Source: Lama glama (lineage: Eukaryota). Taken from it: DNA of 64,000 nucleotides. Location: the NCBI GenBank assembly GCA_028534125.1, contig CM052817.1:94490001-94554000 (forward strand), given 5' to 3'. Position numbers and translations under genes: made by a program. A model generated the notes under the pieces. The model saw only the letters and a list, made by a program, of their open reading frames with translations. It did not search any database and was not told the DNA's origin. Below are positions 26,344-39,320 of this stretch, one piece after another. Each line of letters opens with the position of its first letter. The first letter of the stretch is position 1.

Positions 26344-28254
26344 GAATGACTTTGTGAAGGATAAGCTCTGTTCCCCCACAGACCTGGAGTATTTCTGTAC
26401 CATTACCTGAGCAAGAAATACACTTCCTATGTGTTAGCATCACTACACTTTGGGTCTTAAGCTGCACTGATTAATACCATGTATGATCAAGTGGATGGGC
26501 TAATGTGGCAGTAATCTCAAGCAGTGACAATACTCAAACTCAGATGGGTGGCAGCGAACAGGCTAGGTTGGTTTGGAATCATGTTGACATCAGGGCCTGA
26601 GGATACAGAGATGCATCTAGTCACAAGAAGAGGGCTATCCATGGGGTCAGAAACCAAAAGAAAGAGTTTGGATTCAAGTTCATTTTCCATTCCTGATAGA
26701 GGAATTGTGGGAAAAGCCATTTTTATCAATCAACATTGATCACTTTGCTTTAAGAGATGTTTTTAAACTACCAGGAAACAGTACTATTTTCACTTCCCTT
26801 TCTCCCTGTAGAATTCTTGAGGAAAAAAAAATACGTGAGCTCCTGATCTGTTCTAGTTTCGATTTCAAGAAGAGGTACGAGGCATCTATGTCATAACGTG
26901 TCATTTTGGTGGGCTCTGTTCTAGACACAATGAAGGAGTGAACTTGTGAAAATGCTCTGTCATGGCCTTGACACTCTTGACACACTGGAAAGAGAATGGA
27001 GACAAATCACAGGATGCTGGAGCGTCATGCCATCTAGCTGTTTTACACAGGAGGAAGGGAAGAACGCCTGGGAAAGGGTGGCTCCAGTATATTGGAAGTT
27101 TTGTGAAAACCTCGAGGTAAGTAGATCAAAATAAATTATTAAAGGGTTTTAAAAGTTATTACATGGTTATTACTTCTTAGGAGATCATGTTTAGCTTTAG
27201 ATGTGAACAGAAACTATTACATCTCAGGAGGAATGGACAATGAAAACTCCTCTACCTTTTGTCCCAGGAGAGAGACGAGGGCTTCATTTGCTTTCCTCTT
27301 GGGTTTTCTTTATAAGCCTCTGTGAGAACCATGATCACTGCTATACAAGGTAGCCATTAGATACCTAGAAATAAACACTGTTCTGGAGCAGATTTGTTTG
27401 AAGACGCCCAACTTTCTGCTGCTGGGGGACATTGCTGTTGTTTCTAAGAGGGAAAATTAGCCTGATTCTTTTAAACTAAGATTGGAATGATATAAAATTT
27501 GCTGAGCTGATGAAAGATCATACACACACCTGCTGCTAACATTACAACAAACTGGTAATATGTCTTAATATGAAAAAAAACGTTTTTAAGACTACAGCAT
27601 ATTAAAAAAATAAGATCACCTTCCTCCTGAGGTGTAAAGACTAAGTTATTGATGAATTGGGAAACAGAAGTCTTTCTGTTTTGCCTTTTCTTTGAAGCAT
27701 TTATCCTTCAGCTTTCAAGGACTGTTTTTACAGTTATGGTACATTTTGAACACACCCTAAAAACATGTTTCATGAGATATGGATAATGAATGTGTACCAA
27801 AATGTCTCTGGTGTTCAGTTTTGAAATTGAGCTCTAGCTTAGAGATACTCAGCAGGAACCTGTAGTGTTGGTACCACTTCATTTTAAATTAGCGGCATTG
27901 GTTCTTAAACAACAAGAAGAGGGAAGAAACTATTGAACGTTGCTGCCCATTTTTTTCTGAACTTGTTAATTTATGTACTTATACTTTTGTTTAGTTTAAA
28001 CATGCTATGTTTTCTACCTTTTGACTTAAAAGTAATTTATACACACATTTTGACATGTTGAACAAAGTCCACATACTTGTAATTTTTCATGACTATGTGA
28101 CAGTCTATTTTGTTGCTATATTAACAAGTAAATTATAACTGACACATAGACAATATTGAGTTGTTGGACATTTAGTTTCTTTTTTCTTTCTGTTATTAGC
28201 CACTGCTGTGAGTATATAAAATAAATTATAAAATGATAAATTATGGATTCCTCT

Positions 28255-28708
28255 TTTTTTGGTTTATTTATTGAAGTATGATTGATTTACAGTGTTGTGT
28301 TAGGTTCAAGTGTACAGCAAAGTTATACATATATATTTTTTCAGATTATTTTTCATTATAGATTATTACTAAGATATTGAATATAGTTCCCCATGCTATA
28401 CAGTAGGGCCTCGTTGTTTATCTATGTTATATATAGTAGTGTATATCTGTTAAACTCAAACTCTTAATTTATCCCTCCTCCTTTTCCACTTTGGTAACTG
28501 TATGTTTGTTTTCTGTGTCTGTGAGTCTCTTTCTGTTTTGTAAATAAGTTCATTTGTATCGTCTTTTTTTTAGATTCCACATATAAATGATATCATATGA
28601 TACATTTGTCTTTTTCTGTCTAACTTACTTTGCTTCACTAGTATGATAATCTCTAGGTCTATCCATGTTGCTGTGAATGGCATTATTCCATTCTTTTTTA
28701 TGGTTGAG
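28255..28708 (-). mobile_element. L1 3' end (artiodactyl-type)
   Basis: 'ttattgaagtatgattgatttacagtgttgtg..tagattccacatataaatgatatcata..ctaggtctatccatgttgctgtgaatggc'. Confidence 0.9.
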
Positions 28709-29891
28709 TCTTTTTTTTTTTTATTGGAGTACTTTCTTCAAAATGGACATACTGAAACAAAATGTATGGGCAAATTTGTAAATTTGGGGATACATTTTTC
28801 TACTGTTTCTGAGTCAATTTACAGAGTAACTGACAATGTATAGGTGTTTTTTTTTTTCATTATGCCTTATCTGCTTTTCATCAACAAATGGCTTTGCCAC
28901 GTTAATAATTCTGTCAGTAAAATGGTCATATTGAATGACCAAGACTCACAGGATACAATTAAAAATAAGGTTAGTTATTTCTCCTGTATCCTTTAAACTG
29001 TATTCTATGAAACTGGTTCTTCCACTGTTCCTCTGTCAAAATCTGGGTAGACGCCATTACCTTTCTGGTCACTATTAGATAATACAAACTGTCCTCCAGT
29101 TAGTAGTTAAAATTTTGATACCAGTGCAATAATCAAAATTTCTATTCTGATTTTAAATTGGTGGTTTTACTCTTCCTCCCACCTAGGATCAGGAAAAAGG
29201 GACGGTCAGCTCCTTTCCCCCACCCCACCTCGAGCTTTACTCCTCTTCCTCCTTCTTGCTGCCCAGCGTTTCTGACCCCTCTCGCACTGGAACACGGGCA
29301 GGGAAAAATTAGGTAAGGGAGTAGGAGAGTTCTGACTAGACCAGCATCTTCACAGTGGCCAAGCATTCTACTCTTGGCAGAGATTTCTCTTTGGATCTTT
29401 TTCTTGGAGGTGCTTTTGTGGCTTCTGCAAAACTTGCCCTCATCTACTATTCTCCCATTGCCCCCTCCCCACCAATTCTAGGAATGTTTGTCGTACCCAC
29501 TTCACTGCCTCTCCTTGCTGCACTGTCCGAGCAGGACTGGGGGCATCTGTTGTTTGGATTTCCCAAGGGAGAGTCAGACTTCTGTAATGTTCTGAGGGCA
29601 TATCCCGGCTCTCTCAAGACCCTCTGAAGCTCTTGACTTGAAGTGGAGGGAGAGACTCCCCACCCCTTCTCCTTAGGAGTCGGGTTGATGACATGCCCAC
29701 AGCTCTTTTCCACACTCCATTCTCTTTAATCACCTCCTCACACTTTTATCCCTTGGCTGTCATTGAGAGCTTTAGAATCGTGTAATCTTAAGGTGTCTCC
29801 TTTGCAAATTCTGTTTCAAGCCTCATACGTCAGCCCAGATTATGGTCTTTGTTGGTGTAGGGTGTCAGTCTAATCATCTATTTTAATATTC

Positions 29892-30200
29892 TGTTAGTCA
29901 GCTAAGACTCTTTCTATTATACATGATGAAAACCCCGATACAAAACTAGCTTAAGCAAAAAGTTGATTGCTTAACTCACATTACTAAGAAGAGATGGCGT
30001 TGGCTTAGACGTAACTGGATTCAGAGCTTATCAGGACCAAGGCTTCCTCACTGTCTCTCTCTCTCTCTCTCCAGCTGTCCTTGTGCTGGCTTTATGTTTA
30101 TTATGGGGCCTCCCAGTGCATCCAGGCTACCCTGCTTTTGATCTGCTAGATGGTCCGTATCACTTTCCAGTGCTCCTTCTTAGGTCTGTGTGCATGTTTA
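29892..30200 (-). mobile_element. Old MLT1 (K/L-like) LTR fragment
   Basis: 'aaaactagcttaagcaaaaag..ctcacattact..ctggattcagagc'. Confidence 0.5.
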
Positions 30201-31039
30201 GTATCACAGTCACTCCCGGCTTAGCCCCATTCAGTTCCTTCTCACTTCTTCCCTGGCTATGATCCCAGTGCACAAGCATTTTATACCATTCTTATCTCAC
30301 TCAAGACCACTCAGCCAGTTGTCAATTTTAAGGTCCCCTATTCTTTAACCTTTTAAGTGCAGATTGAAGAAGAAATCTTCTTTATTGTTAATTTCTTTTC
30401 AAGCATAAAAAAGTTACTGGGAAATAATAAATATATTGGTAAAATTTAATAGTCATAACCTAGGGTACAAAAATTTAACTATATTTATTTTTCCCATAAT
30501 TGGATTTATTTTCTGTTTTCAGGACCTGCTATGTCTTTTGCACATAAGTAATATAGTACCTTGCAGATAAACCTATAAAATATAGTTACAATGGTCTCTT
30601 TATCTTTCCTCTTCTGTATTATACAAATTTCAACATGACATATTTTACATTTTGAGAGGATAAATTAGGACTAGTTCTGAAAGGCTGCCTCTTTGCTCAT
30701 ATAAAAGCAGGTGATAATACCTACATACACAATCATGTTTGAGTGATCTGCTATTGCAACATTATTTATTCCATCAAAAAAAAATCCATATGTGTTAACC
30801 TAGAGTTAGTTTCTATACAGAAGAAAAAAACCCAGAGGCTTTAATGCAAGGGAAATGGTTATGGAGAGTATCAGAGACTACACATTACAATAACTGATAA
30901 ATAAACCAGACATTATTCAGATTTAAGTATGTACTGATATCGGAGAGTATGTCAAGTCTGTACCTGACTGACATGAGGATCATGTAAGAGGTAGTGTATT
31001 TTTTCCCCTGCTGACTACTATTAAGACTTTTCTTCTTGT

Positions 31040-32170
31040 TTCTCATTTTTTTTATAATTGCATTTTTTCTTCTTGTGGATATAGCACTTCATGAAAGTGT
31101 GGCTTGATGTCTCTTGAGAGTTTTGAAAAAATTCTCAGCCTTTATCTATTTAAGTATTAATTCTGCCCGTTATCACTCTCCAGTCCTCCGAGGATTCCTG
31201 CTATACGTACATGAGATGTTTTCTCTGTGTGCTGTCTGCTCCTTATATTCCTTCCTGCATCTTGCATACTTTGGCCTCTCTACACTCCAGTCCGAGTATT
31301 TTCTTCCTATCTACCATCCAGTTTTCTGTTTTCTCTATTCAGCTGAGGCTAACATGCTACTAACCTTTCTATCAAGTTAATCATTTCAGTTAATTACTTT
31401 TTTAGTTCTGAAATTTCCATGTGATTTTAAAAATATATATTCAAGATCTCTTCTGAAAGTCTCCATCTTGTTATGTGACTTCTTGAATAAGTCAGTCAGT
31501 TATTTTAAAGTCTTCTGAGAACTCTAATATCTAGATCTCCAATGGCCTCATATCTATGTCTTGCTTTTGTCTGGGTCTTCAATCCTTTCTATCTTTTTTG
31601 TACACCTGGTTATTCTTAATACTAAGTGTTGGGCATTGTGTGTGAAAATCATGACGATAATTTGAGGATCTGCATTTTGTTATTGTCCTCTAGAAAAGAT
31701 TTACATTAGTGTTTATCAGGTAATTAAGGTAAGGAAGATAACCTTCAGTTTATCTGGGATTGAGATGATACAAAGCAAACCATCAGTCTTTGTCAGGGTT
31801 TGTCTACTTCTGGTTTGTCCTACTCTTGGGCTATAAATTGGGGACTATAACAGAAAGCCTGTGTTGACCAGGGCCCTCTTTGATGGGTCTTGAATTGCAA
31901 TGTTTGTACCTCTAATCCCAGGAGACCAACAAGTTCTGCTTAGTTTCTTAGCATTTCACATCCTACTTTGGGATTGGCAGATGCATGGAGGGAAAACATC
32001 ATGTTGAACATAGGTCTCAAATTTCAGAGCCTCCTTTCTTTTTGGGACTTTGGATCCTTAAGTCCTCACTGCCTTGATAGTTCTCTGATGCCTTCAATCA
32101 GATTGAAACAAATCTTTTATCTGTCTTTCCTAGAGAGAGTTCACCTGAAGCAGGATACTCACGGTTTCCA
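31040..32170 (-). mobile_element. Ancient L1ME/HAL1 ORF1-5' region
   Basis: Antisense 'aaattctcagcctttatc..catttcagtta..ttttagttctgaaatttcca..ctctaatatctagatc'. Confidence 0.65.
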
Positions 32171-32184
32171 GAAGTAGTAGTCCT

Positions 32185-32430
32185 AAGAGGCAGCATTGCA
32201 TAGTTAGGAAAATGGACTCCAGGACTGGTCCCCTGGGACCACACTTCCTCTACCACTCACATGCTGAATTCTGCTGGGAATGCCATTTATTCCCTCCGTC
32301 CATTAGTTTCTTCAGCTTAATGTAAGAATAAACTAGTACCTACCTTTTAAGAGTTTTGTAAAGATAAAGCATTTAAAACAATGTCTGACATGTGGTAATT
32401 GCTCAATAAATATCGTATTAACATATCATT
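32185..32430 (+). mobile_element. MIR SINE
   Basis: 'gaggcagcattgcatagttagg..tagtacctacc..acaatgtctgacatgtggtaattgctcaataaat'. Confidence 0.7.
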
Positions 32431-34512
32431 ATCCATGATATTTGTGCTTAAAATAAATTTAAATAGTAAAGTACTCATTGAATGCATAATTGTCCTATGG
32501 TGCTGTAGTAATAAAAAAGAAGATTTCAACCTTGTTTCTGCTAAGACAGTAAAATCGAAGGCATAATGCTAATATCTACATTTATACAGGCAACAGTATG
32601 AGACAATTGTTACAATCACAACCACGCCACTTAAGTAGAAGAGACAGTCTAGGAAGGTTTATGACTCCAGAAAGCACCTGGAATTAGAGGAAAACGTTTT
32701 GAAGAGAAGATGTCATAGAATGGTCAAAACTTTCTGGGTTTAAAAGTCAGTGGAATTAGTGATTCTGAAGAGAGGCTATGTTACTTCTGTTGGTTAAAAG
32801 CGTTTGATATTGAAAAAAAAAAAAGTGATGTCTTACTTTAAAGAAAATTTCTCCAGTAGATTGTATACTTCTTAGCTGGCACTTAAAAGTTACACGATAC
32901 TTAATTTGTACATTGGTTCCATTATTAGCTGTTAAGCACAAATGGCAAGAATTTCTTTCATAACACCCCGAATCTCCAAAATGCTTGCTAACTAATTGTC
33001 TGAGAGGAAAGAGGGCAAGTCAGAATTATGAAAGGGGAGGGCCTTTTTCAAACTACAAGTACCCACAATGAGTCATTGTGTTGGATATTTAAAAAAAAAA
33101 AAGGATGAAAATCAGTAGATTACTTCCTTTTGTCATTGAGATCAAATTTTTCTAACCCTATTGTCTTCAGAACAGACTTGCTTTTCCAGTTTAATCTCAA
33201 GGACATTTGTAAACTACTAATGAGAACTGAAATGTTGAAAAGGAACTGACTTTTTTTGTACATCTACTTAGTGAAAAAGCATATTGTAATATTCCAGGTA
33301 CAAAAGAGAAGGAATATTGGCTTTTCTGCTTTGCACAACAAAACATGAGATGGCAGAAAGAAACCTAGGAACAGCCTTTACTTTAAAGTCTAAACATTTC
33401 CACAGAATGTTTAAAGCAGATTGGCTACAGAACTCTGCTGCCTTGCTGATAGCAAGGAAGAAAACTGTCACAGGTGATATTAATCAGAGCTTCTATTTTT
33501 CAAACACTCTCTTGGTGCTGGGCACCCCTCATACCTCATTTCGAATAAATCTCAAGACATTTTCACAAGGTAGTTATTCTTATTCTCATATTACAGATAA
33601 GGAAACTGTAGTTATGTGAATAAATAAGCAAGAGTTCAGACTCTGGCTCCAGAATTGATTCTCTTTCCATCCCATGCCACATGAAAGCTTTATGACATCA
33701 CTGTATAATGTCATGTTAAATATGAAGAAAAGCTTCATGAAATAAGAAGCAGGTTTTGCAGAGCCTCGTAGGAATTACAAAAATGAATGGAAGTCCCTGC
33801 TCTTAGTGAATCACTGTTAAGGCGGGGATGGAACTTAGGTCATAGTACACGCAAGAAGTTGTGTACCAGCGCTGTGAGAATCAGAGGACTTGTTTAAGGC
33901 TGGAGACTGAAAATCTCTTTATCAGTTGCCGGTGGACGTATTCCAGCTAAATACAGCTGAGGGTGCAAACATGTTAGAAGTGAGTTGACACAGTGAAAGG
34001 CCTATGCATGATGTTGGGTAGAGTTTTGTACTGATCTTTGCTTAAATGACCTTAGGCTGTTAGGAGTTTCTTGTGTGAAATTTGCGACATTTCTTGTGTG
34101 ACATTTGCCAAGACAAATGTTTCTAATAAATCGGAAGTTCTCCCTCAGATACTATTATGGATATCACTAAAGTACCCCTCTCACCGCGTCCTTCCTTGCC
34201 GCCCCACGTTCTCCCTTTGCACGTCTCTCCCCTGCCACCATCATTTTCTCCCAGGTGTAGACCCTTTGCTCACACCTACACAAACATACTTTCTAATCAG
34301 CTTCGCTCCTAACTCCCTGCTCTAGTCCGAAAGTTTAAGAAATTCAAAGTGAACCATTCATAGGGTCATGTTGGCCTCATCAGTAAGATTTCTTTACTTT
34401 GATCTTATGATGATTTAATTGTAAAAATGTTAAGAGTGAAGATCCATTCTTCCCACAAACATTAAATTTAAATGTGAAAAGTCCATTGATAGAAGTACAG
34501 AGAAATTGAGGA

Positions 34513-34632
34513 CAAGTTCAGGGAGGTTAAAGCCATTCATATTTTAGTTATTCTCTGACCTCTCTTGCTTTGGTAGAGATGAGACAGTCACTCTAATCGC
34601 TTACTGTTTTTGACTTGTAAATTACTTTGGAG
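34513..34632. repeat. Diverged local duplication, copy A (pairs with 36863-36977)
   Basis: First 21 nt match copy B at 20/21 positions and last 45 nt at 41/45. The middle is more diverged. Confidence 0.85.
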
Positions 34633-35500
34633 ACAAAGCTTGTCTCATCTTCTCTCTTGGTTCAACCTTTTATTTCTATCGAAAAAGTACATTTAAAATT
34701 GCCTTGATGCTTGGGTTATTCATTTGATTAAATTAACCCAATAATACTGTTAAAGCTACTTTTAAAAAATATATACAAACAGAAGTATATTGTTCTTATT
34801 CTTTACTTTTAAATAATCAGTTTAGTACAAGAATACTCTGAACATACAAGTAAGTTAAAGTTTAGATTTTTAAAATATTTATTAAAAATAAATTTAAATT
34901 GCCAAGCCCATTATGTACACAACGTTACTTACTTATCACACAGCAATGGAAAGCCATATGGATTTTTATTCATTTGGAAATAGAACATCGCAAGAAGGTG
35001 GTTTGTTTTTATATTGCTTTTCAAGTTTTACTATAAATGAGTGATAACTGTATAGTCACAAAGCCTTAGTGTCTTGTATCCAGAGTTTTGGATTATTTAA
35101 ACCAATTTCCAAAACTTTATTAATAAGAGAAACAAGAACTGGACGGATTAAGGAATTTAATTGAGAATGAAGAGTAGCCTTTTAACATATTTACCTGCAT
35201 GGCAAATTTGCACATCTTGTTGCATTTACAAAGTTATGAAGAAGTTTCTTTCGCAAGGAAAAGTTATCAATTCTTTCTCAGGATACTCTGCCTACTGACA
35301 TAAATAACTCTTCCAGTGGAGTACAGTGCATCGGTCAGTGCCTTGGGCAAGTTAATGCCCTTCTGTTAGATAGGTTCATTTAAATAAGCCATTTATATGT
35401 AGGTAACATCTCACTTTTTTAATGCGAAAAACTTGATTTTTGCACTAAAGTATGAATGTGGGTATCATTTTATATATTTATATCTATGTCCTAGTCTTTC

Positions 35501-35562
35501 CATATATGTACACATACATGTATGTATGTATGTATGTATGTGTACATATGTATGTATGTATG
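35501..35562. repeat. (TATG)n microsatellite
   Basis: catatatgtacacatacatgtatgtatgtatgtatgtatgtgtacatatgtatgtatgtatg. Confidence 0.9.
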
Positions 35563-35569
35563 CAAGGCA

Positions 35570-36092
35570 TTTCCAAGCACAAGCTTTATTAGTGTGACTA
35601 AAACATCGTCATCATTCGTGTAATACCATACCTTGCCTGTTCAGCAATGAGGGAAATAATAGCATTTTGCTGTGCCCCTAATTTAATCAAAACAATGAAA
35701 ATAGACTCAGAAGTTTAGAACGAGAAGAGAACTTAGATTTTATGTAGATATTATGAGCCTTTCATTTGACAGCAGAATCATTAAAATACAGTAGAATAAG
35801 TCAGTCTTAAAGAATGGCAGATGAAGCCAACTAAAGCTTTGTATCAGAATTCTAAATCAATGGATTATGAAAATTATGCTAACACACAAAAGTAAGCGTA
35901 AAAGGAAGTATTTATCACCAGACTCATTATGATGAAATTTTTATCCTGAACTCATACAACGTAGGAAAGTAAACAATTTGTTGGTTTTTTATGTGTTCAT
36001 TTTTCACTTGACTGAATTTCACATATTTGACTGAAGTCTTTTGTCTTTGAGTTTTTCCAAAACTTGGTTTGGTGAGCAGATTCTCATCAATT
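35570..36092 (-). other. GYPA: GYPA terminal exon 7 / 3' UTR (3' end uncertain)
   Basis: Acceptor 'tctctataatccttctacag', then 'AATTGATGAGAATCTGCTCACCAAACCAAG..GACTTCAGTCAA..GTGAAAAAT', closely resembling the recalled human GYPA 3' UTR. Minus-strand AATAAA at 35585-35590 and 35116-35121. Confidence 0.8.
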
Positions 36093-36862
36093 CTGTAGAA
36101 GGATTATAGAGAGAGAGAAAAAAAAATACAAAACTGTAGTATAAAACATAGTTATATTTAAATACCACAGGAAATTAATGCATAAAATAAATTTCAGGAT
36201 TCTACATTCTTAAGAGTTGTCCTTGAATACAATTATTAGGAACTGAAAGGAATTTCTTTTCAGGTTAGCTCTATTAGAGTTATGTGTAACGAAAAAATGT
36301 CTTAGAAATCTATTCCAAAAGCCTTAGGTAGGGAACAAACATAATTCCTCTGTTTCTAGTTTCTGCAAACATGAGAAACTAACAGAGAATTTTGTAGGGG
36401 AGGCAGTCAGTGATAAGTCAGTTGAGTTATTACATATGTGTGTTTGAATTTAAGACAAGCTTCTTAGTCCGTAATCTCTTTCAGGAATAACTTTTTTTTT
36501 TTCCCTTGGACATAAGCAAGGGCAAGTCTGTGCAGAAACTCCCTGCGAGAATCCTCTCTGATTCTAGCATGGGATGGAAGGGCAGGGGCTGGTCTTTCCA
36601 ACCAAATCCGATGCTCTACCTTTCTTGGCCAGTAGGTTAGGTTTATGTTACTGCCAAGGGTGCGTGAAGGGATGGGGAGAGCCTTTGCTGTTATAGAAGC
36701 AGAACATTCCCCACAGCATTCTTCTGCTGGGGAATTACAGGAGCCGTGCATCCTCAAATTCTCCCATAAGAAGTGGGCTGGCAGGGGTCACATGTGGCTG
36801 CCACTGTGGGCAGCTGACTCAGACCCCCTTTTTCTCATTTCCCCCCAACCATGAATCATGTG

Positions 36863-36977
36863 CAAGTTCAAGGAGGTTAAAGCGATCCGTTCTTTATACC
36901 CTCACATCTCTGGTTCTTGTTGAAGGGGCAGATCACTCTAATCTCTGACTGCTTTTGACTTGTAAATTACTTTAGAG
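36863..36977. repeat. Diverged local duplication, copy B
   Basis: 'caagttcaaggaggttaaagc...tcactctaatctctgactgcttttgacttgtaaattactttagag' matches 34513-34632. Confidence 0.85.
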
Positions 36978-37299
36978 CAGTATTCTACAAAACTAGGGCT
37001 AAAGCATGTTATAGTAATCATATGTGTTTCCCAAAATTTCCTGTGAGGTGGGGCCGGATTTTATAACCCATTTCACTAATTTACTAAGTCACATTTAATA
37101 ACTTCATTGGCACAAATATGGAGACATGAAATGAGCTTAAAATTTGGTTCATCTGACTTTTCACTGCCTTGACATATGTTTGAGATGTGAACAGAGAACT
37201 GAGGCGTTAATCTTGTGAGTGTGGAAATGCACCCAGTTTCTTGAGTGCATCGTATTCTGTCTTCTTTTATCCTTTTGTTCAAGCTGCTCTTTTGCCTGG

Positions 37300-37565
37300 A
37301 ACTGGCTCGCCCCCAGAAACCTCCATCTGTCCTGTAAGACTGACCTCCGGTGATTTCATCTCCAGAAGCCTTTGCTACCTGCCCCAGTCTTTTTTAGATG
37401 CAGATGTCTCTACTACCTTAAAACTTGTTCCCTGCAATGACCACAGTCTGTCTGTTCCGCGACTAGACTCTCAGCTTCTAAAGGACAGAGATTCCAATCG
37501 GTGTATCTAATGTGAGTGTGGTACCCAGCTTAAAGTAAGCATTTGGTAAATGTTTGCTGTACTTC
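37300..37565 (+). mobile_element. L2 3' end
   Basis: 'tctgtctgttcc..actagactctcagcttctaaaggacagaga..gtaagcatttggtaaatgtttgctg'. Confidence 0.6.
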
Positions 37566-38779
37566 AACTAACAAGGATATTTTAATGGGTTAAATTGTCT
37601 CAAACTTTTGTGGGTTATGCCACAGAGAGGCTCAAGATTGTATAAAAAAAACCAAACCAAACTAAGCACTAAATTTGTCATCAAAATAAATCAGTAGTTA
37701 AAAGCATATAGAAATTTAAGTAACAAAAAATTAGGCTTCAGCTGGTAATTGCTCCATTTTAAAAACAGCTTCAACACATTTTTTTTTGAAATGATGCAGA
37801 ATGTAGATAAATACTTAACAGATATTTATTCCAGCTGCAAGTCCTATGCCAAGGTAACCTTAGTAAGTGAAGTGAATCTGGTAAATGACTCAAAACTTTT
37901 ATTGTTTTAAGTATCTGCAGATTGGGTTTTATTAATCCCTTTAGCTGAGAATGACATGTATGCCATTCACTCTATAGAGCATTTACTTCCTAGGACTAAA
38001 CAATTACAGAATCATCATCATTGAGATTTAAGAACCCACAAGATACTGTGATGGGGCTAGTTCTATGTATATAGCTTACGTAACCGAGGCGGATATTTGA
38101 AACTCTATTTTTTGTGATCCCAAAGTCTAAAAAACCTAGCAAGTCCTTTGAAGATGGGTGCTAGGTCTAGGGTTAAAACTGGAATATGGAAATTTACAGC
38201 ACCTGAGATCTGTCATGGTTTTTGATGACCATGGGAAGAACTTTAATCGATTTTGTACAAGGCAGGATCAGTTCCATTTTGCTTGAGCATTTAAAGCCCA
38301 TTCCACAGAGACTTGTTCTTGGCGGACATCTCCCAAATTAGACGTCACTTGGGTTTTATGCCTCATGCAGAGTTTAAAGGAACTGTATACTTGATCAGTG
38401 AGATTATACCAGAGGCCATAGGTAATGAAATTGGCTAGGTATTTAAACACATAGCAGAGACAGCAACTGCTACTAGCTCTTACGAATTGCTGTCACGCTA
38501 GCGGTTGCGATGCAGCATTGTTCGAGTTTACATTTGTTTTCTGCAAGAGAGCCCTAACATCCAGATGTTTTTAAATGTAAAAAAAAACCCTCTCACTTCA
38601 AGGTGGCAGTGAGTGCTCTTTTTGAAAAATAGTGAGTCAGTCCTGTTTTCGATGAACAGAACGTATCTGCTGTTTTCCCCATGTTGTCTTACCCACTTCG
38701 CGCCTGGGAGAGGAAACGAAAACGGAGCCAAGCAACTGGCCGTTTGTGCAGGGCCTGTCGTATCTGTGACAGCTGACAG

Positions 38780-39010
38780 GCAGGAGCACTTGCTATGGGA
38801 TGAAACTGCTCTAGATGCTGGTGCTTCATTTAATCCTCATGAAACTCGATGAGGTGAACACCATCATTGTGTCCACGTGAAATTCTCTCCACATTAACCA
38901 TTGTTATCTCCACATGAAGAGCTGGTCAAGTTACACAGCTGCTAAGTGTTGGAGTGTGGATTCAAATCTGGGTCTAGCTCCAGATTTGGGGCTGTTTAAC
39001 TCTATCCACT
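38780..39010 (-). mobile_element. MIR SINE
   Basis: 'ttcatttaatcctcatgaaactc..tcaagttacacagctgctaagtg..ggattcaaatctgggtct'. Confidence 0.7.
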
Positions 39011-39320
39011 GTAGGGTCTCCTGTACACAACTTTGCACTTGGGAAAATAAAAAGTACATAAAAGAACTTAGTTTTTGCTTTTACTTATGGTATTTGTTTT
39101 ACTTTTTCTTTTTTAAAAGATATTTTATGCCTAAGGGGGAGTTTCATTATGCTGCAGATAAACATTCATATAAAGAATAAAATCTTACAGAGGAGGCATT
39201 GATGAAATAGAATATAAATGAATTCTAACTAAGTGCACCCTTCCCAACTCAGAAAGAAATAAATTGTTAATTTATTTCCCTTCCAAAAAGGCAAAAGGCA
39301 GTAAAAATATTAACACTGAC

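Larger units (their letters stand above)
23310..26478 (+). mobile_element. MLT1 (MaLR) provirus remnant: 5' LTR about 23310-23703, internal region, 3' LTR about 25328-26478, interrupted by two other LTRs
   Basis: The 5' LTR ends 'ctaataca' and is followed by MLT-int start 'gaagtagggatgctaccatagcaaaac'. The internal end 'gtggccagaagcctgaggt' precedes a second LTR start 'tgtggcagagac'. Confidence 0.65.
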
